This document shows positions 21,539 to 28,890 of a stretch of 39,063 bases of DNA, piece by piece (the stretch's first letter is position 1; the number at the start of each line of letters is the position of its first letter). Under the pieces are notes generated by a model. That model was given only the letters and a program-made list of their open reading frames with translations, was not told the origin of the DNA and searched no databases. Made by a program: the position numbers and the translations under genes. The DNA is from a virus, in the IMG/VR virus record IMGVR_UViG_3300045988_105464, positions 1 through 39,063 of that record. One strand, given 5' to 3'.

Positions 21539-22254
21539 ATGAACTCGCCCTGTACCAATACAACGCCGCCGCCCTGACGGTGGCCCCCGTCCCCCGCTCC
21601 GGCAATTACACCATCTGCGCCCCAGACGGCGCGCCCGCCGTCCTGAAACGCGGCATCGACTTCGGCATGATCCGAAAGAAGAACGGCGACGCCATGACGA
21701 AAAACCCCACCCTCTTCAAGTCCGGCGCGGAGAAGGTGGCCGTGGCCTACGGCCTCTGCCAGCGCTACACCTTGGAAAGCAAGCTGGAGGACATCGAGCA
21801 TGGCTTTTTCTATTTCCTTGTCCGCTGCGACCTTATCAAGATCTATGACGGCAAGGAATACGTCATTACCTCCGCTTACGGCTCCGGCAACACCCGCGAG
21901 GGCCGCACCGGCTCCCAGTCCCCCTATGACGGCGCCAACAGCGCGGTCAAGATGGCTCAGAAACGCGCCCTGGTCTCCGCCGCCCTGTCCCTCGGCTGCG
22001 TCTCCGATATGTTTACGCAGGACATTGAGAGCGACACCGAGGATGGCAGCGCCTACATGACCAACAAGGACCCCAACGCCCCCATTACCGCCGCGCAGGT
22101 CAAATTCTTCTATTCTGCTTGTTCCCGCCACGGCCTGACGAAGCAGGAGGCGAAAGCCCTCTTGAAGTCCCACGGCTATGACAGCGCCAGCAAGGTACTC
22201 AGCAAGGACTTTGACGCCCTTCTGGATGCACTGGAACCGAAGGAGGATGCCTGA
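21535..22254 (+). CDS. Single-strand annealing recombinase (ERF/Rad52-like superfamily, family not resolved)
   Basis: 239 aa. The segment DGANSAVKMAQKRALVSAALSLG resembles the conserved helix of ERF/Sak-type annealing proteins. The gene is flanked by the nuclease and SSB genes. Confidence 0.55.
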   Translation: MNELALYQYNAAALTVAPVPRSGNYTICAPDGAPAVLKRGIDFGMIRKKNGDAMTKNPTLFKSGAEKVAVAYGLCQRYTLESKLEDIEHGFFYFLVRCDLIKIYDGKEYVITSAYGSGNTREGRTGSQSPYDGANSAVKMAQKRALVSAALSLGCVSDMFTQDIESDTEDGSAYMTNKDPNAPITAAQVKFFYSACSRHGLTKQEAKALLKSHGYDSASKVLSKDFDALLDALEPKEDA

Positions 22255-22670
22255 TGTTTATGAACGGACTGCCCACCTACAGCAAGGAGGGCAAACAGCT
22301 GAAAACCGGCCTGATCGTGGGCCGCGCCGCCAAGGGCGGCCAGATCTACGCCACCCAGAGCGGAAAGGAGGTCGGCTCCGTCTCCGTACCGGCCTACGAT
22401 AAGCAGGACGGCACCACCGCATGGCTCACCGTCAAGGGCTGGGGCCATTGGGCACGGCTCCTTGCCAATGTCCGCAAGGGCGATTCCGTATTCGCCGTGG
22501 GCCGCGTGGAGAGCCACGACTATGAGGGCAAGACCTATAACGATTTGGTGGCGGATTACGTCTGCGTTTCTGCCAGCACCGCTGGACAGACCACCGCCCA
22601 AAGTGCCTATGCCGCCCCCGCCCCCAATAATTTCACCGAAATTGAGGATGACGGGGAGCTTCCTTTTTAA
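22254..22670 (+). CDS. ssb: Single-stranded DNA-binding protein
   Basis: OB-fold-like N-terminal domain, a low-complexity linker, and the canonical acidic tip EDDGELPF. Confidence 0.85.
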   Translation: MFMNGLPTYSKEGKQLKTGLIVGRAAKGGQIYATQSGKEVGSVSVPAYDKQDGTTAWLTVKGWGHWARLLANVRKGDSVFAVGRVESHDYEGKTYNDLVADYVCVSASTAGQTTAQSAYAAPAPNNFTEIEDDGELPF

Positions 22671-22766
22671 CAGCTTTGCCGTGTGTGTCTAAAGAATGAT
22701 GACGGGCGGATGCAAGCAAGCCGCAGCACGATCACCGACATCCCCGGCAAAAGAAAAAGCCCCCCC

Positions 22767-22809
22767 ACACCCCCCTAAAGAAAATATATATATTTCTCTT
22801 AGGGGGGGG
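22767..22809. repeat. Palindromic element B (ACACCCCCCT-N8-TATATATAT...GGGGGGGG), related to element A at 12509
   Basis: cccccctaa/ttagggggg form perfect 9-bp outer arms around an AT-rich core. Sits in the 176-bp gap before gene 22847. Confidence 0.6.
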
Positions 22810-22846
22810 AGATAGATGTACAACAGAAGTACTACAGAGGTTCTAC

Positions 22847-23251
22847 ATGAAAAGAGAAGATATCCAGAAGCTGTTTAACCTGATAGAAACCCTCTATCCC
22901 AGTGCAAAGAAAAATCCCAGGATCCCCGCAGTACTGGAAGCCTGGGCGCTTGTATTGGAGCCGTGGAGCTATGAGGACGCAAAGCAAGCAGTCATTATTC
23001 GTGCCAGGGAAAACCGCTTCCCGCCGGACGCTTCCGAGCTTGTCCCCTACCTACCGAAACCGGAACAGCCTTCGGAGAATGCTCCAGAACCGGCGGAACC
23101 AACCCCCGCCCAACTGGAAAAGTTCTATGTGAAATGCAAAGCCCTGCATGAGCGGTGGAAATCCGCAGGCATCCCCACCCCCTCCGAAACGAAGAAACAG
23201 GGGATGACTTATGCGGGCTGGGAATCGATAGCGAAAGGAGCTGGTGTGTAA
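22847..23251 (+). CDS. G39P-like helicase loader / replisome-organiser-type protein (tentative)
   Basis: N-terminal KLFNLIETLYPSAKKN...VLEAWALVLEPWSYEDAKQAV...PPDASEL resembles the loader/inhibitor-of-G40P family pattern. Confidence 0.45.
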   Translation: MKREDIQKLFNLIETLYPSAKKNPRIPAVLEAWALVLEPWSYEDAKQAVIIRARENRFPPDASELVPYLPKPEQPSENAPEPAEPTPAQLEKFYVKCKALHERWKSAGIPTPSETKKQGMTYAGWESIAKGAGV

Positions 23252-23478
23252 TGGCCGCAAATATTAAGCTGTCGGATTGCCTCATTGTCCCCCACAGTCA
23301 GCCCTGCTGGGATTGTGCCAACGCCTGCGGCGGCTGCTCATGGTCGAGAGAGGGGGAACCTGTCCCCGGCTGGAAGGCGGAGCCGGTCATCATTCGGAAT
23401 AACCTGAACCGCGACCCGGACGATTTCTCCGCCAAATCTTTCAAAATCCATGCCTGCCCCCAATTTGTGAGAGGATGA
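23251..23478 (+). CDS. Cys-rich small protein
   Basis: ATG at 23251 overlaps the preceding TAA. 75 aa with CWDCANACGGCSW. Confidence 0.55.
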   Translation: MAANIKLSDCLIVPHSQPCWDCANACGGCSWSREGEPVPGWKAEPVIIRNNLNRDPDDFSAKSFKIHACPQFVRG

Positions 23479-23729
23479 TTTACGGAATGTTTGGAACACG
23501 AAAATTAGAAGCAGAAATAGCCTGGCTGAGTTGTCGCGTGGCAGAGCTGGAAGAACGGCTTTGCCCATGTGAACAGCATGACTGGAAACGCACCGGAGTT
23601 GATTACAGCTACGATAGAACAGGCTGCTGCGCTGCCGCCATGTATAACTACAAGTGCGCAAGGTGCGGCAAAAAAATGCGCTCCTTCCAGTCGTACCTGG
23701 AAAATGCTGAGGAGGATGACTGTGGTTAG
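23475..23729 (+). CDS. Cys-rich small protein with an N-terminal coiled segment
   Basis: 84 aa with ATGA coupling and CPC...CC...CARCG. Confidence 0.55.
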   Translation: MIYGMFGTRKLEAEIAWLSCRVAELEERLCPCEQHDWKRTGVDYSYDRTGCCAAAMYNYKCARCGKKMRSFQSYLENAEEDDCG

Positions 23730-23859
23730 GCTTGTGATTGACATGCAGGAGGACGGCGACCTGCTGGCCTGCAAGGAGACGGTTGCTATGCTGCTGGAGC
23801 CCATCGGCCGGGTGCGTATCGTGCAAATCATTGTAGACGGAAAGGAAGAAAAACGATGA
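23722..23859 (+). CDS. Hypothetical 45-aa protein
   Basis: GTG at 23722 lies 6 nt after GGAGG (the ATG at 23716 has no spacer). Its stop overlaps the ATG of the repeat protein. Confidence 0.4.
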   Translation: MVRLVIDMQEDGDLLACKETVAMLLEPIGRVRIVQIIVDGKEEKR

Positions 23860-24461
23860 AAATTGATAAACTGTGGAACGGCCTGAAGCGGATCGCCAAC
23901 GGCGATTATGTGCTGGAAGGGGATCTGATCTCCGAAGAAACCATCGAAATCGATCTGAACGACCGCTTTGTGGTGAGGGGCCGCATCCAGACGAAAAAGA
24001 GCATTGTTGTTCGCTGTGGCATCGAGGCTGGCGATGGCATCAAGGCTGGATGTGGCATCGAGGCTGGCTGTGGCATCGAGGCTGGCGAGGGCATCGAGGC
24101 TGGCTGTGGCATCGAGGCTGGCTGGGGCATCAAGGCTGGATGGGGCATCGAGGCTGGCGATGGCATCAAGGCTGGATGTGGCATCGAGGCTGGCGAGGGC
24201 ATCGAGGCTGGCGATGGCATCGAGGCTGGCGAGGGCATCGAGGCTGGCGATGGCATCAAGGCTGGCGAGGGCATCAAGGCTGGCGAGGGCATCAAGGCTG
24301 AAAAGTTTATTGATGTTCAAAAGCGCATTTTCGCCGGAATTTCGGTTTATCGGACAAGCAGGGACTGCGATAAAACCATCCGCTGTGCGGAGCTGCGGAA
24401 CGGCGAAATCTGCTATGGAGATTTGACGCTGACGAAGGAGGGCAAGCCGGATGAAGGTTGA
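23856..24461 (+). CDS. Acidic hexapeptide-repeat protein, 16 x G-I-(E/K)-A-G-x, predicted beta-solenoid
   Basis: 201 aa. After an N-terminal 54 aa the sequence is GIEAGD GIKAGC GIEAGC GIEAGE ... GIKAEK. The C-terminal 50 aa are non-repetitive. Confidence 0.8.
   Translation: MKIDKLWNGLKRIANGDYVLEGDLISEETIEIDLNDRFVVRGRIQTKKSIVVRCGIEAGDGIKAGCGIEAGCGIEAGEGIEAGCGIEAGWGIKAGWGIEAGDGIKAGCGIEAGEGIEAGDGIEAGEGIEAGDGIKAGEGIKAGEGIKAEKFIDVQKRIFAGISVYRTSRDCDKTIRCAELRNGEICYGDLTLTKEGKPDEG
24018..24300 (+). repeat. 18-bp tandem repeat, about 16 copies (ggcatcgaggctggcgat consensus)
   Basis: Read directly. The repeat is open in several frames on both strands, which explains the stacked ORF-track entries here. 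Confidence 0.95.
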
Positions 24462-24486
24462 ATCTACCGTCCCCGTTCTTTACCCG

Positions 24487-24615
24487 ATGGGGGTTTATAC
24501 GTTTGCCTTTGCATGTGTCCATTGTGCAAACAGACATTCAGACAAATGCCACCTGTGCAAGTGCGAGAAAAAAAGCGGCTTTGAGCCGAAGAAAGAGGCG
24601 GACAATGAAAATTGA
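24487..24615 (+). CDS. Possible 42-aa Cys-rich micro-protein (weak RBS)
   Basis: MGVYTFAFACVHCANRHSDKCHLCKCEKKSGFEPKKEADNEN. Its stop overlaps the rusA start region. No clear Shine-Dalgarno sequence. Confidence 0.3.
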   Translation: MGVYTFAFACVHCANRHSDKCHLCKCEKKSGFEPKKEADNEN

Positions 24616-25012
24616 ATTTACGGTCCCCGGTATTCCGGTAGGCAAGGGCCGTCCACGGTTCATGAAAAACGGCCACACCTACACCCCGCAGAGAACGCGG
24701 GACTACGAGGACAAGATAGTCCAGTGCTGGAAGTGCCAGAGCGGGAAAGGCTTTGCGGCGGGCGTGCCGCTCAGGGCCACCGTCACGGCGTTCTTTACGG
24801 TGCCAAAGAGCACGTCAAAGAAAAAGGCCGCTACGATGGACGGGACGCCCCACATCAAGCGCCCTGACGCCGACAACGTAGCGAAGGCCATTCTGGACGC
24901 GCTGAACGGCCACGCTTACAACGATGATAGCGCAATCGCAGCTTTGGCGGTGTGGAAGTACCAGACAACCGGTGCCTCCCGTGTGGAGGTCACTATTGAG
25001 GAGGAAAAATGA
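24605..25012 (+). CDS. rusA: RusA-family Holliday junction resolvase
   Basis: ATG at 24605 (RBS AAGAGG). GKGRPRF...TP..T..YE...KRPDADNVAKAILDALNG..Y.DDS is the RusA signature. Confidence 0.85.
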   Translation: MKIEFTVPGIPVGKGRPRFMKNGHTYTPQRTRDYEDKIVQCWKCQSGKGFAAGVPLRATVTAFFTVPKSTSKKKAATMDGTPHIKRPDADNVAKAILDALNGHAYNDDSAIAALAVWKYQTTGASRVEVTIEEEK

Positions 25013-25353
25013 TGGATGCTGTGGAGTTTTTGAAAACATTGAGCAGAATGTGCAACTGTGGGTGCCGTAAATGCGAGTTTGGGAAAAGACTTAGCGGGCT
25101 TGAAACCTGCACAGTCTGGAGAAAAACCCACCCGGAGGAGGCCGTTGCTATCGTGGAACAGTGGGCCGCCGAGCACCCCACCAAAACCAGGCAGAGCGAG
25201 TTCTTGAAGCATTACCCCGGCGCACGAATTTTGGCACATGGGTGCCTCAATGCTTGCCCGATGAACGTGTTCTCAGATGCAGACATTAACTGCAATGCGC
25301 AACCTTGCTTTGAGTGCAAAAAGGCGTTCTGGCTTGCGGAGGTGGAGGAATGA
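25009..25353 (+). CDS. Cys-rich hypothetical protein
   Basis: 114 aa with CNCGCRKC and C...CFEC clusters. ATGA coupling. Confidence 0.6.
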   Translation: MMDAVEFLKTLSRMCNCGCRKCEFGKRLSGLETCTVWRKTHPEEAVAIVEQWAAEHPTKTRQSEFLKHYPGARILAHGCLNACPMNVFSDADINCNAQPCFECKKAFWLAEVEE

Positions 25354-25610
25354 CCCGTGAAGAGATTTTAGCCGCTGCCAAGCAGTGCGTGTGCGGAGGA
25401 AGGGAAACCGACTATGGAACGCCAGAGGACAGTTTCGGCCTGATTGGGAAATACTGGACGGTATACACCGGGCACATGATTACGGCGAAGGATGTTGCCA
25501 TGATGATGGCACTGCTGAAAATCGCACGAATTCAGGGCAACCGGGCAACGGGCGATTGCTTCGTTGACCTTGCCGGATATGCCGCCTGCGGTGGGGAATT
25601 GGAGGGCTAA
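25350..25610 (+). CDS. DUF6378-like phage protein
   Basis: ATG at 25350 (ATGA coupling). RETDYGTPEDSFGLIGKYW...DVAMMMALLKIARI...DCFVDLAGYAA matches that family pattern. Confidence 0.6.
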   Translation: MTREEILAAAKQCVCGGRETDYGTPEDSFGLIGKYWTVYTGHMITAKDVAMMMALLKIARIQGNRATGDCFVDLAGYAACGGELEG

Positions 25611-25612
25611 TT

Positions 25613-25876
25613 ATGAGAGATACAAACCTCGTAAATGCGCTTAGATGCGCTTCAACAGCAGGCGGACCAATGGGCGACTGCGAGAAATTTCCGTTTTACA
25701 AAACGGAGCCGGTCCCGGAAGAACTGGTGGAAAAAGTCAATTTGAAAGAGTGGCCCTACTGCGAGGTTGACTCGATGGTGCTTGCCGCCGCCGACCGGAT
25801 CGAGGCGTGCCTGAAATGCGGCAACTACACGCTGGCCCATGAGGGGGCCTGCAACGGATGCCGGTGGAGGAGGTAA
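25613..25876 (+). CDS. Cys-rich hypothetical protein
   Basis: 87 aa with CLKCGNY...CNGC. Confidence 0.55.
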   Translation: MRDTNLVNALRCASTAGGPMGDCEKFPFYKTEPVPEELVEKVNLKEWPYCEVDSMVLAAADRIEACLKCGNYTLAHEGACNGCRWRR

Positions 25877-25880
25877 GAAG

Positions 25881-26315
25881 ATGGAGCGAATAACGGAAAG
25901 AGACACAAATTGCGCAGACCCAAAAGAAATTTATGGTGTGCGGGTAAAGAATCACGATTATATTTCAGCGGCAAACCGCCTCGCCGACTATGAAGATACA
26001 GGGCTGACACCGGAGGAGTTCCACGCCTATTGGGTGTTTTTGGAGGACATGATCGGTGAGCAGAAAGCCAGTGAGGCACTGGACAGGTTCCGCCAGCTGG
26101 TCAAAGCCGACAAGGACGGTCGGCTGGTGGTGCTGCCGTGCAAGGTGGGAACCGCGACATATTATATCCACTATCCGATTGTGGTTTACCCAGATAAAAG
26201 CGAACCGGAAATTAAGAGGGGTATCTTTACTTTGTGCGATTTGGATCGTGTTGGGTACTCCGTATTCCTGACCCGCGAGGAAGCGGAGAAAGCATTGGAG
26301 GCGATGAAAAAATGA
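25881..26315 (+). CDS. Hypothetical protein
   Basis: ATG at 25881 follows GGAGGAGG. 144 aa. Confidence 0.6.
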   Translation: MERITERDTNCADPKEIYGVRVKNHDYISAANRLADYEDTGLTPEEFHAYWVFLEDMIGEQKASEALDRFRQLVKADKDGRLVVLPCKVGTATYYIHYPIVVYPDKSEPEIKRGIFTLCDLDRVGYSVFLTREEAEKALEAMKK

Positions 26316-26893
26316 GTAAAGCTGTTATGCTTAGCATCCGCCCCAAGTGGGCGGAGAAGATTGCCAACGGTGAAAAGACGATCGAGGTGCGCAAGACGCG
26401 GCCGAAGTTGGACACACCGTTTAAGTGCTATATCTACTGCACGAAGGACAAGCACCTTGCATTCATGCAGAATAGATTTAGTACGAAATTGATCGCCTGC
26501 ATGGACGCTGAAACGGCAATCCCTGTCGGCGGGACCGTAGGAAATGGCAAAATCATCGGCGAGTTTACCTGCGACCGGATCTACGAGTTGGAGGCCAAGG
26601 CGCACGGCGGCAGCTACTACGTTAAGAACGAAGACCAGCCGACGACGAATTTTATCGCACGGCAGTCCTGCCTTGATCTCAAGGATATGCACGATTATCT
26701 GCACGCGCAAAAGGGCTACGGATGGCACATTACCGATCTGCGCATCTACGACGCACCGAAGTGCTTGTTTGAGTTTTGGGCGGAAAGGCTTTGCAGACGC
26801 GAGCCAAGCGTCTTCGGGTGCGGAGAATGTTGCGATTGCGATAAGCGCGCGCCGCAGAGCTGGTGCTATGTGGAGGCGATGAAGGATGAATGA
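26312..26893 (+). CDS. ASCH-domain protein
   Basis: N-terminal MLSIRPKWAEKIANGEKTIEVRKTRP is the typical ASCH/PUA-like opening. 193 aa. ATGA coupling. Confidence 0.7.
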   Translation: MSKAVMLSIRPKWAEKIANGEKTIEVRKTRPKLDTPFKCYIYCTKDKHLAFMQNRFSTKLIACMDAETAIPVGGTVGNGKIIGEFTCDRIYELEAKAHGGSYYVKNEDQPTTNFIARQSCLDLKDMHDYLHAQKGYGWHITDLRIYDAPKCLFEFWAERLCRREPSVFGCGECCDCDKRAPQSWCYVEAMKDE

Positions 26894-27164
26894 CCTGAAA
26901 CCATGCCCGTTCTGCGGCGGCACAAAACTCAAGATAGACCGAAAGTCGCGGCTTGCCGGGTGGAATGGTCTTGATATGCGCGTAGAAATGCACACCTACT
27001 CTGTCCGATGCAACATCTGCCACGCGCGTGGTGGCGCTGTTGGCGGTCGCGTTATGAATGACCCGTGGACACGCTGCACTCAGCTTCCCGACTGGGCTAC
27101 GACGGACAAAGCTCTGGAAGCAAAAGCAATCGAGGAATGGAACAGGCGGGAGGAAAGAACATGA
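26886..27164 (+). CDS. Lar-family restriction-alleviation-like zinc-ribbon protein
   Basis: KPCPFCGG...YSVRCNICHARG...AIEEWNRR matches the classic Lar layout. Confidence 0.7.
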   Translation: MNDLKPCPFCGGTKLKIDRKSRLAGWNGLDMRVEMHTYSVRCNICHARGGAVGGRVMNDPWTRCTQLPDWATTDKALEAKAIEEWNRREERT

Positions 27165-27361
27165 CGAAGCGTTTTTGTGATCTTTGCGGAAAAGAAATAT
27201 TCAAGATTCAGGATACTTATAGGGTTTGCGTGGAGAGCAACGCAAGCATCTACGCAAGCAACCCGGACATAGTGGATGTCATAGTGGATGTGGGGGAAAT
27301 ATGCCCTGCCTGCGCAAAGCGTATCCACCAGACTGTGCAAGAGCTGAAACAGGAGGGCTGA
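27161..27361 (+). CDS. Zinc-ribbon small protein
   Basis: ATG at 27161 (ATGA coupling). 66 aa with CDLCG...CPAC. Confidence 0.55.
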   Translation: MTKRFCDLCGKEIFKIQDTYRVCVESNASIYASNPDIVDVIVDVGEICPACAKRIHQTVQELKQEG

Positions 27362-27363
27362 CA

Positions 27364-27663
27364 ATGGCTGACCAAATGCAGTTATATGACACATCGGAGA
27401 AACAATCAAGTAACAACACAGGTAAAGCTAAACGGAAGTGGGAAAATGGTTTCCAGAGATGGAGCAACCGGCACAGTGCAGATGGTGGTAGCTCTTTTGG
27501 GGGCTGTGGATTTGGCAGTATGTGTGACTATTGTGATGATAATTCGTATGGACGCCCGTGTGTCAGGTCGCTGAACGCCATGATCCGCGAAAAGCGTCTG
27601 AAAATCGATTACGAAAAGACTGGTTATGAAGAAGTATGGAAGGGGATTTTTGACAATGGCTGA
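27364..27663 (+). CDS. Hypothetical small protein
   Basis: ATG at 27364 follows GGAGGG. 99 aa. Confidence 0.55.
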   Translation: MADQMQLYDTSEKQSSNNTGKAKRKWENGFQRWSNRHSADGGSSFGGCGFGSMCDYCDDNSYGRPCVRSLNAMIREKRLKIDYEKTGYEEVWKGIFDNG

Positions 27664-27961
27664 ATGCATTGAGAGGGAAGCGACAATTAAGCGCATCAAA
27701 GAAGTTTATTGCGTGGGCTGCAACAGCTACAACGGAGTAAGATGCCGTGCGTGTGGTATAGGTGACGCAATCGACATGATCGAAGACGCCCCAACCGTGG
27801 ATGCCGTGCCGGTGGTGCATACAAGGTGGGCGCATCTTGGCGGGGACGAGTGGTGTTGCCCTGTATGTGGTTTTGTCATTACCACTGAGGGCAGTTGGGA
27901 TAAGCCTACTAAAAAATACTGCGAGGATTGCGGCGCGAAGATGGACGGAGGCGAAGAATAA
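27656..27961 (+). CDS. Paralog family member 1 (MAECIEREA..., DAVPVVHTRW, double zinc ribbon)
   Basis: Start chosen by analogy with the paralogs. CVGC..C..C and CPVCG...CEDCGAKMDGG. Confidence 0.55.
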   Translation: MAECIEREATIKRIKEVYCVGCNSYNGVRCRACGIGDAIDMIEDAPTVDAVPVVHTRWAHLGGDEWCCPVCGFVITTEGSWDKPTKKYCEDCGAKMDGGEE

Positions 27962-28185
27962 TGGCAAAGTATTTCAGAATTGCAGAGATTGATGCTGCTA
28001 CTTTTGAGCGCATGACTGGCGACGAGCTTGATTGCCTGCAAGTGGCAATGCTTGCGGATGATGGAAACGTGTATGTTGCTGTCGATGAAGATGGGCAAGA
28101 TTACATTGATGTCGACCTTGAAATATTTGACACAGATGGAGGTGCTGTGCCTCGACACCTTGGGCTATTCCGCAAAGGATATTGA
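27961..28185 (+). CDS. Acidic hypothetical protein (3' end uncertain; see the frame-switch finding)
   Basis: ATG at 27961 overlaps the preceding TAA. RBS GGAGG. 74 aa. Confidence 0.5.
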   Translation: MAKYFRIAEIDAATFERMTGDELDCLQVAMLADDGNVYVAVDEDGQDYIDVDLEIFDTDGGAVPRHLGLFRKGY

Positions 28186-28232
28186 GATTATCACGCCGGA
28201 ACAGTACGAGGCGGAATTTGGAGGGGATGAAG

Positions 28233-28502
28233 ATGGCTGAATACATTAAGCGGGAAGCATTGAGCCCGTATTTGTTTAATATTACCAAAAGGATTTTTGA
28301 GATTATATCAGAAATCCCCGCCGCCGACGTGGCCCCGGTGGTGCATGGGCGGTGGATGAAACATATAAAAGGCGGGACATTGTGCAGTAGATGCGGAAGC
28401 TATACCCAGCATAAGGGGGATGTATTAGACATGAGCGAGGCTATTGCTTGCCCATGGTGCGGGGCGATAATGGACGGAGGTGCTGACCATGCGGCTGGTT
28501 GA
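28233..28502 (+). CDS. Paralog family member 2 (MAEYIKREA..., DVAPVVHGRW, zinc ribbon)
   Basis: ATG at 28233 follows GGAGGGG. CSRCG...CPWCGAIMDGG. Confidence 0.6.
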   Translation: MAEYIKREALSPYLFNITKRIFEIISEIPAADVAPVVHGRWMKHIKGGTLCSRCGSYTQHKGDVLDMSEAIACPWCGAIMDGGADHAAG

Positions 28503-28749
28503 TGCAGACAAAATCCGGTGGAAATCATACCCCAATGATTACGGGGAAACAAATGATGACTATGTGGAAAAATGCGACATTGACAATATGCCGACAGTTG
28601 ATGCCGTGCCAGTAGTTTATTGCAAAGACTGCAAACATCGGACGGAATTTGGCAACTGTGGACATCCGCGCCAACAGGGGATTTTGCCCACTGCTTATCC
28701 ATACGATTTTTGCAGCTACGGCGAGAGAAAGGATGACGGTGCTGAATGA
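28489..28749 (+). CDS. Paralog family member 3 (PTVDAVPVVYCKDCKH type)
   Basis: ATG at 28489 follows GGAGGTG with a 6-nt spacer. 86 aa. Confidence 0.6.
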   Translation: MRLVDADKIRWKSYPNDYGETNDDYVEKCDIDNMPTVDAVPVVYCKDCKHRTEFGNCGHPRQQGILPTAYPYDFCSYGERKDDGAE

Positions 28750-28889
28750 AACGGAAAGACTGGCTGATTATAGCCTTTTGGACGATGGTCATAGCCGCTG
28801 GCATTGCGTTTATCGTGTTTTATTTCAAAAGCATTTTAACCGCCGACATCCCCCTGTGGCTGAAACTGTACTTGTTGGGAGGAAAGTAA
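28746..28889 (+). CDS. 47-aa two-segment hydrophobic micro-protein
   Basis: ATG at 28746 (ATGA coupling). MKRKDWLIIAFWTMVIAAGIAFIVFYF.... The stop lies 1 nt before the next ATG. Confidence 0.45.
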   Translation: MKRKDWLIIAFWTMVIAAGIAFIVFYFKSILTADIPLWLKLYLLGGK

Positions 28890-28890
28890 A

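Noticed and set aside
24018-24300. CRISPR array, or multiple overlapping genes, in the 18-bp repeat
   Set aside because: The units are contiguous with no spacers, and the period is 18 bp. The stacked ORFs on both strands (23873..24301, 24004..24426, 23906..24295, 23505..24320) are artefacts of a stop-free repeat. Only the frame with an RBS-coupled start and non-repetitive flanks is credible.
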